Shown: positions 35,601 to 48,880 of the stretch, piece after piece
Layout of the letters: each line of letters opens with the position of its first letter
How positions within the stretch are numbered: position 1 is the first letter of the stretch
DNA from: Macrostomum lignano
Taxonomy: Eukaryota
Direction: 5' to 3'
Length of the DNA: 64,000 bases
NCBI GenBank assembly: GCA_002269645.1
Contig: NIVC01000105.1
Coordinates: 783,992 to 847,991, forward strand
The notes under the pieces: model-generated
Databases searched by the model: none
The model's input: only the letters and a program-made list of their open reading frames with translations
Told to the model about the DNA's origin: nothing
Translations under genes and position numbers: made by a program

Positions 35601-35804
35601 ACTGGCCACCAGCACCAGCACCCACCTCAGTGACTGGCCACCAGCACCAGCACCCACCTCAGTGACTGGCCACCAGCACCCACCTCAGTGACTGGCCAAC
35701 AAGAATCACTCACCTGCAGCAGGTGTTAACATGAAAAATCCATAAAGCAGCGTTGCAGACAAGATCAAAGTAGTGAAGTTTCGCAGTCTGCTTAAAGATG
35801 CCAT
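29668..35804 (-). CDS. B3GLCT: Beta-1,3-glucosyltransferase (B3GLCT-like, Fringe/GT31), 9 exons: 35804-35714, 34685-34516, 34273-34191, 34111-34003, 32334-32210, 32130-32058, 31972-31841, 31335-31037, 30211-29668; 541 aa
   Basis: All introns GT-AG and phase-consistent (1626 nt); signal peptide MASLSRLRNFTTLILSATLLYGFFMLTPAA; FFCHEETR; LFAVKTH..VRDTW; NTERGHCDK; WFVVCDDDTLL; GEKYGY; YPTGGSG; PDDMSLG; ISFHKH; C-terminal RDEL. Confidence 0.92.
30320..30860. repeat. G-rich GGGGAT-based ~15-bp repeat in B3GLCT intron 8
   Basis: GGGGATGGGGATTTC / GGGGATGTGGATTTC units degrading at both ends. Confidence 0.9.
31430..31810. repeat. 31-bp minisatellite in B3GLCT intron 7
   Basis: GGCTCTGGGAGGCTG(A/G)TGGCCCAGCAACTGA. 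Confidence 0.95.
32416..33780. mobile_element. Possible non-autonomous mariner-like element in B3GLCT intron 4
   Basis: TA|CGATGGGTGTCTCAAAAGTTTCCGGAATG and CAGTCCAGATAATTTGAAGACACCCCTCG|TA (22/29 inverted match). Confidence 0.5.
33181..33601. repeat. 83-bp tandem repeat, 5 copies
   Basis: Units start at 33181, 33264, 33347 and onward (CGGCGCAATAAGATTCTAGCTATAGTCTATGGCCAG...). Confidence 0.97.
34742..35698. repeat. 27-33-bp minisatellite filling B3GLCT intron 1
   Basis: CAGTGACTGG(TCC)CCACCAGCAC(CAGCAC)CCACCT variants. Confidence 0.95.
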
Positions 35805-36284
35805 GGCAAGCTATATCGAATTCGGCTGAGTCTATAGTAGTGATATCGATACAGTCAGTTCGAATAGTCAAATAGGAGACATTCGGGCAGCAAAATACAA
35901 TCAGAATTTGATTAGAAACGCTCCACGAGCCTATGAGCGAATGCGTTTGCAACACCATAAACTAACCTGCTTACTTCTACTCAGAAATAATAAAAATGAT
36001 ATAACTGCGGAGCTTAATTTAAATTAATAATAATTTGCAATTCCATATTTCATATATTTTATTGATACGCACAATAAACTGTTTAATCAATCAAAAGTTG
36101 AATACAAGCAAGAAACACAAAAAAAACGAGACACCGCGAAAAAGTACAGAAAAATAAGGAAGGACCGCTGACAGTAAGGGGAATTTCTGCTTAAATCTGC
36201 TTTAACAAGAAATTTCCCAAAGGTGCATGTTTTGCCGCAAAGTAAATTCTCGAGTATGAAGTGCGTTTCGAAAACTGCCTTTCA

Positions 36285-36845
36285 AGGGGGATTGGGGCAG
36301 ATTATCAAGGGGAATTAGTGCAGATTCTTAAGGGAAATTGGGGCAGATTCTCAATGGGAATTGGGACAGATTCTTGAGGGTCATTGGTGCAGATTCTTAA
36401 GGGAAATTGGGACAGATTCTTAAGGGGAATTGGGGCAGATTCTTGAGGGAAATTGGGACAGATTCTCAAGGGGAATTGGGGCAGATTCTTGAGGGAAATT
36501 GGGACAGATTCTCAAGGGGAATTGGGGCAGATTCTTGAGGGAAATTGGGACAGATTCTCAAGGGGAATTGGGACAGATTCTCAAGGGGAATTGGGACAGA
36601 TTCTCAAGGGGAATTGGGGCAGATTCTCAAGGGGAATTGGGACAGATTCTCAAGGGGAATTGGGGCAGATTCTCAAGGGGAATTGGGGCAGATTCTCAAG
36701 GGGAATTGGGACAGATTCTCAAGGGGAATTAGGACAGATTCTCAAGGGGAATTGGGGCAGATTCTCAAGGGTTATTGGTTCATATTCTTAAGGGAAATTG
36801 GGGCAGATTCTCAAGGGGAATTGGGGCAGATTCTCAAGGGAAATT
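36285..36845. repeat. 23-bp minisatellite between RWDD1 and B3GLCT
   Basis: GGGGAATTGGG(A/G)CAGATTCTCAA. Confidence 0.95.
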
Positions 36846-36999
36846 GAGGAAGAAAGGCCGAACAAAAAGAGAAGCAATAACTTGAAAAGAAACTGCTGCA
36901 AGAGCAGGTAACTGTGAAAATGCGGGCCTCATTTCATTTGCACTATATAATACGAGCCTCTTACTGCCACGCGGTCCTTATCAATTGAAAACGCTTCCC

Positions 37000-38948
37000 T
37001 CATTCAACCTCCCCTTCCAAATCCAAATCGTCCAGACTTTGAAACAGCGACTCGTCCACCTCCACAGCCTCCCCGCCTTCCTCCTGTAGTATCTGCAGGT
37101 CTGACACATCGAACCGATTGTCCGCCAGGAACAGCTCCTTGCCGGTTGGCTTCTTGGCGCCGCCGCCTCCGGCCACCACCCCCGTAGCTTTGGCCTTGGC
37201 CGCCTTGGCCACTGCCATCTCAGCGTCGAATCTTCGGCGCCATTCTCCGAAAGTTTCCGGCGTCACCGGCGTGCCGACAACTTTGCGGCGCTCCTCCTCT
37301 TCTAGTTGGCGCTGTCGGGCTTCTTCGGCATGGCGCCGGGTCTCCTCAATGCGCTCCGCTACGTCCTGGGAGGGGCGGGGCTATGGCTCAGGTCTTTGCT
37401 TCTCCGTCCCACATCTACTTCTCTGGGATCTTTCCTGACCTTTATCTACTTCTCCCCCCTCATGTACTTTTCTGCGAACTTTCTCGCCCTTATCTACTTC
37501 TCTGCGAACTTTCTCGCCCTTATCTACTTCTCTGCGAACTTTCTCGCCCTTATCTACTTCTCTGCAAACTTTCTCACCCTTATCTACTTCTCTGCAAACT
37601 TTCTCGCCCTTATCTACTTCTCTGCAAACTTTCTCGCCCTTATCTACTTCTCTGCGAACTTTCTCACCCTTATCTACTTCTCTGCGAACTTTCTCGCCCT
37701 TATCTACTTCTCTGCGAACTTTCTCGCCCTTATCTACTTCTCTGCGAACTTTCTCACCCTTATCTACTTCTCTGCGAACTTTCTCACCCTTATCTACTTC
37801 TCTGCGAACTTTCTCGCCCTTATCTACTTCTCTGCGAACTTTCTCACCCTTATCTACTTCTCTGCGAACTTTCTCGCCCTTATCTACTTCTCTGCGAACT
37901 TTCTCGCCCTTATCTACTTCTCTGCGAACTTTCTCACCCTTATCTACTTCTCTGCGAACTTTCTCACCCTTATCTACTTCTCTGCAAACTTTCTCACCCT
38001 TATCTACTTCTCTGCGAACTTTCTCACCCTTATCTACTTCTCTACAAACTTTCTCACCCTTATCTACTTCTCTGCGAACTTTTCTCTCCCCCCATCGACT
38101 TCTATGCGATCTGTTCTCCCCTTTACCTACTTCTCTGTCATCTTCTCTACGACTTATCGACTTCTATGCGATCCCCCCCTTATCTACTTCCCTGCGAACT
38201 CCCCCCCCCCCTATCTACTACTTCTATGCAATATTTTCTCCTCTTTATTGACTTGTCTGCGAACTTCTCTCTTCCCTATCGACTTCTCTGCGATCTTGTT
38301 TCTTCCTTATCTACTTCTCTGTCATCTTCTCTCCACCTTATCTACTTTTCTGTGATCTTCTCCACGTTACTCCATCTACTTCTCTGCGAACTTCTTTCTC
38401 CCTCATCTACTTCTATGCGATATTTCCTCTCCCGTATCTACATCTCTGTCATCTACTCTCTACCGTATCTACTTCCATGTGATGTACTCTCCTTCTACTC
38501 TTTCTACTCTTGTCTTCCGAAATTTAAAAGACAAACAGATGTGCGTGAAACCAACCTGCAGAGCCTCTTGCACGGCGCTAACCACAGAGAAAATCATAAC
38601 GCAGCCCAGACTCTCCTCACAAGTAGTCTCCATCAACGATTGCAACGAGTCCAAATCTGAGTCAGTAAGATTTTGCGAATCCAATACGGCAAATGTTGGC
38701 GCCTGATTAGGATAGTCTGGCGTGTATTCGAAATGCAAACAACAGGCGGCTGTCTCCAAGGCGCCATTGGGCCCAGTCGGCACCTCTCTAGAGCGGATGT
38801 CAATCTCAAACGAGGCTAAACTACTCGACTCGCCTGAGGCGCCACCTCCATCATCATCGACTGACAGCAGTCGGAAATCGTCAGCATAAATTGATTCAAG
38901 AGCCTCCAGTTCAGAGGCGCGCTCCTCGGCTAGAGCTGCGCTGTCCAT
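37000..38948 (-). CDS. RWDD1: RWD domain-containing protein 1 (DFRP2), 2 exons: 38948-38556 and 37365-37000; 252 aa
   Basis: ERASELEALESIY; FEYTPDYPNQAP; ESLGCVMIFSVVSAVQE; VVGTPVTPETFGEWRRRFDAEM; KPTGKELFLAD; VEVDESLFQSLDDLDL; phase-0 GT-AG intron. Confidence 0.95.
37440..38480. repeat. 30-bp minisatellite in the RWDD1 intron, fading into degenerate units after ~38090
   Basis: TTATCTACTTCTCTGCGAACTTTCTC(G/A)CCC. Confidence 0.97.
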
Positions 38949-41449
38949 GCCTGGCTTGGTTAATTGGGACACTTTTTGGTAGTTTTACTGTTTTTTTAGA
39001 GTTTGTGGTTGTGGCAAAAACTGAAGCATATATTTTGGGGATTAAGTGTAAACACTTCAGTTCAGGTTTATAAGGACTGTTTTAGAATGTAAACTTTAGC
39101 TGTCTAGTTCACAAGCTAGCTTAGACTGTTGAAAATCATAGGCATGCATTCATATGCATTCATGTGCATCTATGCTAATAAATTGTTTAAATAGTAAAAT
39201 CAACCTGCTTAATCCGCTTAAAAGCTCAGAAAGTAAATATTTGGAATTGTGTTCAAGCAATATAAGTGATTGATATATTTCTAATTTATAGGGACACTAT
39301 AATTGATTCTTTATTAAATGATTTTGTTATATTAACCGCCTATGTATTTTTGTCTAATGTGTGTACACTTTCTGTATTGGAAGTAGTATCATGCAAAATT
39401 TGAGAGTTAGAAACTAGGTATATATGAAATTCATGCTATACTGTTCAATAGGACAGAGGGGATGGCTTTATATTTTAGGCCCAAGAGAAGATACAAATAA
39501 GCCTATTTATCAATTTGCCTAAATAGGTTGTTTCACAAAAATTTTTATGATGTGATTTTTAAAATAAATAAATAAGCAAATAAACTAACAAAAAAAGTAA
39601 GCAGATCAACAAGCTAAAATTGTTAAATGTTGATACAAAATGTTAAAATCAATCAATGGAATGGACCTCATTTATAAACAAATAAAAAAGTAAAAGTGTT
39701 AAATGTTATCAATGTTAAAATGTAAAATTTTATTCTCTATATTTTTTATAAAATTAAAAGGCTACAATGTCAATAGCAAAAAGATTTTTGTAAGTAAAAA
39801 TGAATTAAAATAATTATTGGCAATGACAAATAAAAATTCAAACTTAGCCTTAGAACCTCTCATATATTGTTAAACTATCATACCATCATAGCAAATTATT
39901 CATTGACCACTTTGTACATTTTCACAGTTTGTAAATTTAAAAACACAACTTAGCTAGTAGATATTGTAGTAGGCAAGGCCTCCCACAAAATAATATATGC
40001 ACGCATATCCCACAAATCTATTTCCACAAAACATATTTTTTATTTTCTTTTGCAAGGATTTGCTTACCAAGTCAAATTTCATTATGTATATTGACATCAT
40101 TTCCCTGTATAAAAATCCATTTCTTTTTCTTCCTAATCTATTTTGGGTTCCCAATCCCTATAATTTGCATTTTACTGTGCTTTAAATGTGGTTATATCCT
40201 ATGTTAATTGCCACCTGGATCTTTCCAATACATGTAACCTTGTCTCCTACCCAGGGAGCCCTTTTTTCCAATGGCTCATAAGAGTGTATTTAAGAGTCTG
40301 CAACTTATCTCATCTAGCCAGACTCTAGTTTCGGACCTCTCATTTTGATCCCTCTTTTTGGAACTAGACTTTTGTTTGAAAGCCCCTGTCCTAGACTTCA
40401 AGATAAAAGAAAACCCTAAGTGTAAGCCCAGTAACCCCAACCTGACGAGCTCCTCTCTTGGACAATCTAAGAGTTCATTTTGTTATATATTAATCATTAA
40501 GTTATATTTTTAACCTATTATAATGATATTAGTCTTTTCCTATATGAAGTACAATTAACTAATAAACTATATTCAACCTAGCAGCATTTAATTACAAGGA
40601 AGTAACTAAAGTTGTGTTAAATGGTGTCAAACTGTTATAAACTTAAAAGCATTCATTTGACCCTTGGTGGTTTTACTAAGAGAAGTTCTTAGGCAAATTC
40701 AAGCCAATTGAGTGTTAGAGCTTTTCTCTGCAAATTACTATGGTGGTAGCAGCAAACTACTACTATTAGTACAATACTCCACAAATTTAGTCTATTTTAA
40801 GTTCTTGTAGTACTTATCTATATCTTTGCATTTGGTATTCTGAAAGATAGCAATAACTAAACTGCTTAGTCACAACCATAGCTACTTTCCCCTTGAGCCT
40901 AAGGAACTCAATGGCCAAAGTTCTGTTTAATTTGCATTCTGCATATCATTTAAGTTAGTCTATATACTAAAAATGGTCTGTCTGTGTGTGTATGATTGAT
41001 TTTAGCAAAAAACGGCTCAACCAATTTTGTTCAAACTTGCATTGTTCAATCAGAAATTTTTCTATGAGGGTACATGCATTGTGCATATCATTTGAGTTAG
41101 TTTGAGTTGCTAAGCAATAATTGTGAAAAGAAAAAACCAGAGCCAACAAAAAAGTACCATTTCTACCTCTCTTCCTTACTACATTATGTATAAACAAAGT
41201 GCAATTGATGGATTAGGGATGACAATATAGTTTTTCAGTGGCCAGTTCAGAATTCAAACTTTGAGATTTTGCTATAATGGAATGGCACCTGATAAAACAA
41301 CATTTTATTAATCAAATAATGAAATTGCCATAGAATAAAAATATACAATAAAATAGTCTTTTAAAAATTTTGAGTTTCATTTTAACTTTTTTCTAAAACA
41401 ACAAAAGCTCTTTGCTCTTTGCTAAAGCCAAAGCTTAGATCATTGGATC

Positions 41450-42294
41450 AAAAAGAAGGCAATGCTAGAGAGACTTTGCAAAAGGCACATAGATGTAACC
41501 ATTTACATAGACAGGTTGGTCAATAAGGACCAATAAGGCAGAGCTGGATTTAGTGTCTAGACCAATGGCTCTGAGATAGCTGCTGGTAACCACCCTGTGG
41601 GACCAGGTTGCTCCTTGATGCAAGCAGAGCTTGCAGCACATAAGGCAGAGGCGCAGTGGGCCAACCAGCAGTAGGCATAATGGAACTTGGTCACCATTGC
41701 CTGTGACAACTTAGTAGCCTTCCAAGTGCTCAACACCCTGCCAAAGTGCTAAAACAAGCTGGCCAATGACATCTAGGCCATCATTGATACCTGGACTAAT
41801 AAGACAGTGCACTTTGTCTAGGTGGCCAGTCACTCTGGCATTGCAAGGAACAAGCAAGCAGACAAGCTGGCTGCATTGGGCTGTCCCCTAAATGGCTAGG
41901 AGGGACCAGGCTAGACAGTGGAGGTGGACAAGCTTGAAGCTAAAGCCCACTTTAGTAGACATGGAAGCAAGTAGCACAAGAGCAGGGGAGACATACAGCA
42001 AAGGCGGGCTCAAGTGGAAGACTAAAGCTATCTATCTAGCCAGTGGTGGAGAGGGCAGACTACATGCAATTCTGTGTTGGCCATAACACTAAGCTTGCAG
42101 CCTATATGCACTATTAGATTGGAATTGCCAAGGCAGCAACTTGTCAGCTCTCCAGACTAGAAGACTAGACCAATGTGCATGTGGCCATTAAATGCCTGCC
42201 CTAGGTGGAGTCAGATGCATGCTAGGAGTCACAAAGTTAAGTGATCTCTATTGGGACCTGGCAGCTGGCCAGTGCTTATGGAATGAATACCTGA
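41450..42294 (+). pseudogene. Highly decayed non-LTR retrotransposon RNase H region (RNase H-bearing LINE clade)
   Basis: IY[T]DG-like ATTTACATAGACAGG at 41501; *VASHSGIARNKQADKLA at 41819-41872 corresponds to WVPSHxGIxGNExAD; strongly CpG-depleted. Confidence 0.75.
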
Positions 42295-44345
42295 CCCTAT
42301 TGGAATAAGTTGACAAAGCGCAGACAACCGTCCATTGCATTTTCAGATTTTCCTAGTGTTACATCGCGCAACAGTGGTGTCAAGTGGTGTGTCGCATCGT
42401 GTGACAGTGCTGTCTAGCACAGTGTTGCGTCAAGCAACACTGTGGCAACCTGGTGTCGCGCGACGTGACAGTGTGGCAACTTGGCAGCTGGCATTGTCAT
42501 GTGTCGCATTGTGGCCTGGATCTGCAGCCAAAACCTTGCAAACTGCATTTCATTATAATCTATTCACGGACTTGTTTTTCAGTATTTAAATGTTTCAAAC
42601 ATGTTTGATAATAACTAGTTTTTGAAAGGAATGCTCTTGTCTTTTGCCCCATGGTCTTGGTCTTGGGAGTGAACAGCAGAATGGGAATTGTTAGTTTAAG
42701 TGAATGCTTGATGCCCTGATTTTGTTGGTTTTTGGACTGTCATGTGTATCTACAAATGAAGTACATTGGTTTATTTAATTGTTTGTAGTTTGTGCGCAAG
42801 TTGAATGCTCATGCCTTGATCATGGTAATGGGGAATGCATCATTTACTTTTACTTTTTTCACCATTTATATTACTAGTTCAAGTTCAATGATCCAATAAT
42901 TTCAATATTTTGCGACTTGCAATCTATTAAGTTTGTGTGCCTTACTTGCACTACCTTGTACTTGTACATGTACTATTTAGTAAACTTAGTAAACAATAAT
43001 AAACATTACATAATCCAGTTATCCAGAAATTCCAGAATATAAGATAACCTTAGACTCAGTTGGTAATTATTTTGTTTCCTTTAACTAGTTTGACTTGACT
43101 TTGTTAGAAGTTTAGAACTTGTTTCTTGTTATACCTTTCAAAATCATTTGTGCCTTATATTGCTTGCTATGATACCTACCTATGAGTTTAACTGTTTAAT
43201 GTTTATTGTTCTTCTTCTTGTTCCTTGTTTACTAACTACTAATTACTAACAGGATAAATAAGATTAACCAATTTTTCTTAGTTTTCTAGAATCTAGTCTA
43301 TGACTATAAGTTATAATTAGAAAAGCAACTAAGAATTCTATTCACTGCTGCTGCATTCTACTCTAATCAGTCTAATGCTCTAGCTGTATCTATACTGATT
43401 AGTTATTAATTAATAATGAATGTGAATTACTGCATACCAAATTACTAATACCAATTAGTAATTACCAATTAATTTCCAATATTGCAGTGTCACAAGTCAG
43501 TCAAGTCAAATAGATGATAATTCTGACAGCAATTCAGATTATGAGTTTATGCCTTAGACTGAGACAGGCGAGACAGTCACAGTGCAGACAGAGACAGACT
43601 CTGACTCCTCTGAGCCTGATGAGCACGAGCAGCAGCATGCTCTTAATCCTGCACTACCTCCAGCAAAGCAGGCCAAGATTTACTCTTTCTTTTTTGTAAC
43701 TGTAGGCAGTCAGGGCCAGGCTAGTCAGAATCAGAATCAACTGAATCATCCCACTCTCAGAACTGCTGCAGATGCAGAAACTGAGTAGTCTGAGCTTAGG
43801 TATTGTATTCCATGCCTTAAGCGGCTACTAGCAGCCTCAGCCTCTGCCTTAGCTTAGTCAGCTGCATCAGGCTTAGCATCAAGCCTAAAGCAGAAGCTGA
43901 GGTTGGACTATTGCAAGTCAGCACGAGTGTATGACCAGGATCAGCATTGTGAATGGTGGCACAAGGCTAATAATGCTGGCTCTGGCTCCAGTGGCTCTGC
44001 AGCCTCTGCCTCTTCCTCTCAGCCATCTCAGGTGTTCCCTCCCGATTGGCGTTGACCAACTGATCCAAAGTCTAGGCACTGGTTCAGGGCATCAAGGAAA
44101 AACTGGACAAGAAGAGCAGGTGAAGGATTTAATGAGATTGAGAATATGATTGATTAGGTGGGCAATGTGCAATGTGACATGGCTGCTGTGGCGTCCCCCC
44201 CCCCCTGGTCATCAGACATCAATGTTGTGTCGCGCATCGCTGCCCTCCCAGTCAACAAAATTTGGTGTCACGTTGCGCTTTTGAGGGCACAATTTTGGTA
44301 CCTGTGTTGCACATCTGCGGGTTTTTAAAACTTATTCCAATAGGG
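42295..44345. mobile_element. Non-autonomous DNA transposon (2051 bp), 16-bp TIR CCCTATTGGAATAAGT, 8-bp TSD
   Basis: ATACCTGA at 42287-42294 and 44346-44353; right end ACTTATTCCAATAGGG; the same TIR sequence recurs at 59796. Confidence 0.88.
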
Positions 44346-46475
44346 ATACCTGAGACAATGTAGTCCAAATAGGCATCATGCCTAGCCTGCCTTGTTGCAA
44401 AAAAAAACAAAAAACACCAACAGTATTTCAAGAGTACAGATGTCTATTGGCTACTGAGAAGCAGAAACTGAGGAATGTAGCTAATAGGAGAACTGTGACT
44501 CTCCAGCGCATAGTCAAAGAAAATAAAAAGCTTGAGGACATAGAAAATAAGGATTTTGCACTCTTTATGTTTTACTGCAAATATTATACTAAGAACAATA
44601 TTAAAATTTTGCAGCCTTGTTAAGCACAACTTCTCAATCACATGCAGGCCATGGTTTTGGCGACTTTAGGTCATAAGATGATCTTTTAAAATATTAATTA
44701 TACCTACCAAGCCATCACTACTTAATCAAGCTATTTCTTAGAACTTAATAGCTCAACATATAGACAGCTTTAATGAAAAACTAAATACCAGTTTTTATCT
44801 AAGTATAAATATGAATATTGAGAAATCAAAAAATTGTATAATTAAATGAATAACAAATAATTTTCATATATGCAGCAAATAATTTGCTGCATCTGCAGCA
44901 GTTCTAAGAGTGGGATGATTCAGTTGATTCTGATTCTGACTAGCCTGGCCCTGACTGCCTGCAGCTGCAGAAATATAGGAAACACCCTATATTAGTTATA
45001 TTGCACCATTATATTTATACATGTAAAGCAAAGATAGGAGGTATATGTAGAACTAAAGTGGAGGGAGCCAATAGGAGGTAATAAAGTAGCAGACTAGGCC
45101 AATTGCAAGAGGTCAAAGGTATTGGCTAACCAATAAGATCAATAAAAGCATTTTGTCCCCCTTCTTCTATGAGGAAAGAAAGGGAACATATTGGCTTATG
45201 TTTCTAGGCCAAATTATAAGGGACTTAGAGAAGGACCTTATAGGCCTAGGACTCTTATATAGTCAAAGGTCACATTAGACCATTTTTCAACTCTAGTAGA
45301 CAAAATGTAAAAGTGTGCTGAACACCAATGTGCCAAAATTAGTCCTTTCTTTCTTTGCCAAAGATGTGATAGAGGGCTTATTTTAATGTGTTTAAGGGTC
45401 TATTTTAAATTCCCGCCATTTAGGTAGATAGACCTAGGACACTTAGCATAAGCAATGAGCATAAATGTTAGTTGCAATATTGACTTAACAAGTTGGCTGG
45501 CTAAAATTTATAGGCATAGGCCTAGCAGAATTAGTAGATATATAGATTTAGAAGGATAATTAGGGCTTAAGACATGCTCCTAAAAAACTAAGAGAACCTA
45601 AAAACTTAAAAACCTTAGGCCTAAGAGAACCAGGCTCAGGCTGATTAAAATATATGGCTTTAGGCCTAAGAGGACTTAGCATTAGTAGCAATGTTGGCAT
45701 ACATGCGCAACAGTTGGCCAAGTTAGCCAATCTGGCTGACCAATTTGGTGGCCAACCAAGATAAATCACAAAAATGTCTACCTAAATAAATACCTAAGTA
45801 GTACTAAGTAGATGATGAGGCATTTTGCCTTATTAGGCTCTAATACAATTTTTTCTTCTATTTACCAAAGTTGTGTTACTTTTGCTTTAGGGTTTCTTTT
45901 ACATGTAAGTTGCATTTTTGGCCAAAAACTGTCATACTTTTGTTAAAAACTAAGTTTCACAGCCAACCAAATTTTGGAGGCTGTGCATGTACATGAATGT
46001 TGGCTGGGATATAGACAAAGGTCAGAGCCTAAAGCTAGCTAGTTGAATTTTATAGGCATAGACTTAAGAGACTTAGTAGAACAAGGGGTTAGGGACATAA
46101 GTCTTGAAAGCAGAGATAGATATATCAAAAGATAACAAGGAGCAACACTGCAATAGAAAGATAAAATGTGAAGGCAATGCAGGCATTAGGACTTTACATA
46201 TATATATTCTTAGTTTAGAATTTGTCTTTCATATATATTTTTGAATGAGGCGGGCAGTTTAATATAGTAATGCATCTTAATACCTTATTCTTTGTTGCCT
46301 TCACAACTAAATTTCTGCCTTTAATATCATAAAATATGTGAGCTTGTATAATGTTTTCTTTTGCTTAAAAATATTTTCTTTTGCACTTAAATATTAGTAA
46401 AAAATTGTTATCTAGTAAAATGTTTGTTTAAAATTGTCCAACATTTTGACAAAATATATTATATAAGCGAGCAAT

Positions 46476-47200
46476 TGTAATGTCAGGAGAGACATACTCC
46501 TTGTGTGGCCCACTCTCCTTTAAGAGGTTGGCTAATACAAAGGTTTTAATTGGGCATTGCCTGACTCACTGTTCCTTATTTAGGCACTCAGCCCTTTCCC
46601 AAGGCCTGTTCAGCCGAAGCATACAGCCTCTCCCCTCTCCCCAAGAAGGATCTGTTCAGCTATAAGCATACAGCCTTTCCCCCTCCAACCCCGCAGACAC
46701 GCACAATAATTACCTCATCCCCTATCCCTAGTGAACAAGAGCTTCGTCTTTCTCTCTCCTTCCCTAACCCCCAGACCCCAGAATTTGACCTGGAGTTCAG
46801 CCAACTCCCTACCTAGACCTATTGTTTCCCAGTTATCTGGCCCAACTCTAACTCCCAACTGACCCAGTATTTCGTTCCCTTACTTTGAAGTTTAACTATT
46901 AGAAATCTTAGCCTCTCCCTTAGTGATTCTATTGAGCGAACTTTTCCCCATGAAATTATTCCCTATTAGTTATTAGAAAATCCCATTGTGCGATAATTCC
47001 CCAGGCAACTCTGATCCGCCGCGTAGCCCTCCCTTGGACAGTTTTTAATCTATAGACAATGTCTTGCCGCTCTGACACTCATGCCACCAGGAGCAACCAT
47101 TGGCTTACTCCTATTAGTAATAAAATTAGCATATCTTTTAGAAATCCCAAGAATCCCATAAATATCCCTATAACAGATTTTAGTGACATCAGTGGGATTC
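46476..47200 (+). mobile_element. LTR-like fragment with degenerate tRNA-Leu-type PBS
   Basis: TGTAA..TAACA (46476-47175, left end approximate) followed by TAGTGACATCAGTGGGATTC (47181-47200). Confidence 0.45.
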
Positions 47201-47582
47201 TAATAGATTACCCAGGAGCCCTACGACATGAATAGGCCTAGGACTTGATTTTCTAAAAATTTGTAAGCCTAGATTTTATTTCCAAATAAACAAAATGATA
47301 GAATAAGGAGCTAGAAAGATAAATATTTATAAGTCTATCTAAAAATTGCTATTCAAGATTTTTTAATATTTACTCACCTATCTTGGGCTTAGATTTATTT
47401 ATTTTCTTATAACATAGGCATTGGCTTAGAACTAGGCCTATCTGGTAAATGATTAACTTAGATTTTTATGATAAACTTTAATTTAAATAAATCAGGATTT
47501 TGCAAAGCAATTTTTATTACTTATCACTTAATTTCAAAGTCTTCTTTTTATTCAAAAATAGAAATAGAATACTAATAGACTC

Positions 47583-48880
47583 GGTAATCTTTCCTTACCC
47601 GACCGTAAATTATGTTCAGCTTCCTGTTTCAGTTTCTTTTATTTTTTTGGCTGAAGTTGTGTATATATGTGGGGCGCACATTTTAAGAAAAGAAAAAAAT
47701 GTTTTTAATTTTAGATTTTTTAATTTTTTAATAATCTCAAATATCTCAAATATCTCAATATCTCAAAAATTATTTCTCATGTCTTTAACATGTTTTCCGC
47801 ATCCTTTCAGCAATGGCTGATCGACCTCGAGCCCCAACAACCATTGTACCCCAGAATTCGATCATTCCGGCTGACCAGCTGCTGCAGGCCCTGGCCCTGA
47901 AGCTGCAAGATGTCCACAGGAGGACGGACACAATGGACGATACAATAAACTGGCTAGCAACCCTTGGCCTGCTCCATAACACCATGCAGTGCTGCCACAT
48001 GCCTATGGGCTTTGTCAATCGCGCACGCAATACAATGGATGGCCATGCTTGGTACTGCAAAGAGTGCAAGGGGTACAAGTCATTGCAACAAGACTTGTTC
48101 TTCTACAATAGTCACCTGCCACTGGACAAGATCATCCAGCTAATGTACTGGTAGACACTTGATGTCAAGTACAACGTTGTCATGCGAGAGGTTGGCATAG
48201 GTTCAACTGAGACAATAGTTGACTGGTTCAACTATTTCCCCGATGTCTGTTGCCAGTGGGCAATTGACCATCCCCAGCAGCTGGGTGGTCCTGGACATAC
48301 TGTGGAAATTGATGAGTCGAAATTCATGCACCACAAATACCATGTTGGCCAGTACCAAGAGGGTCACTGGGTACTCGGCATGATTGAGCGTGACTCAAGA
48401 AACTTCGTCATGATGACAGTCGAGTCCTGGTCAGCTGCCGTTCTACTGCCTCTAATTCAACAGCACGTGCTACCCGACACACGCATCCTGACTGACCAGT
48501 GGGCTGCGTACAACCAGCTGCCGAACCATGCCACTGTCAACCACTCCCTCAACTTTGTCAACCCTGCGGACCCAACTGTGCATACCCAGAACATCGAGGG
48601 AACGTGGGGTCATGTCAAGGCCAAGCTAAGACGGATGCGTGGCATGTCGGGCGCACTCTTTGACACTTACCTCCAGGAGTTTATCTGGAGGCGCCATTGG
48701 GGAGGAGAGCATCATTTTGAAAATTTCATTTACTGGGTCCAGCACTACTACTTATGCTGACTTTTACCCATGCTGACTTTTAGCTTTTACCGTAAGCCCG
48801 TAAAAATATTTACATTTTAAATATAAAAAATTCGAAAAAAACTTAGAAAATAATTTACGGTTGGGTAACGAAAGATTACC
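47583..48880 (+). mobile_element. Merlin (IS1595/IS1016-like) DNA transposon, full length 1298 bp
   Basis: 30-bp TIRs GGTAATCTTTC(C/G)TTACCC(G/A)ACCGTAAATTA (28/30); 8-bp TSD ATAGACTC at 47575-47582 and 48881-48888. Confidence 0.96.
47813..48760 (+). pseudogene. Merlin DDE transposase with one in-frame TAG at 48152
   Basis: Zn ribbon WYCKECK; VEIDESKF, ILTDQWAAY, HATVNHS, HTQNIEGTWGHVK, YLQEFIWR; the two ORFs share a frame across the stop. Confidence 0.93.

Noticed and set aside
37306-38660. 349-aa and 425-aa plus-strand repeat ORFs
   Set aside because: 30-bp minisatellite within the RWDD1 intron on the opposite strand.
40440-40480. CTGACGA possible hammerhead core
   Set aside because: No paired stem II followed by GAAA.
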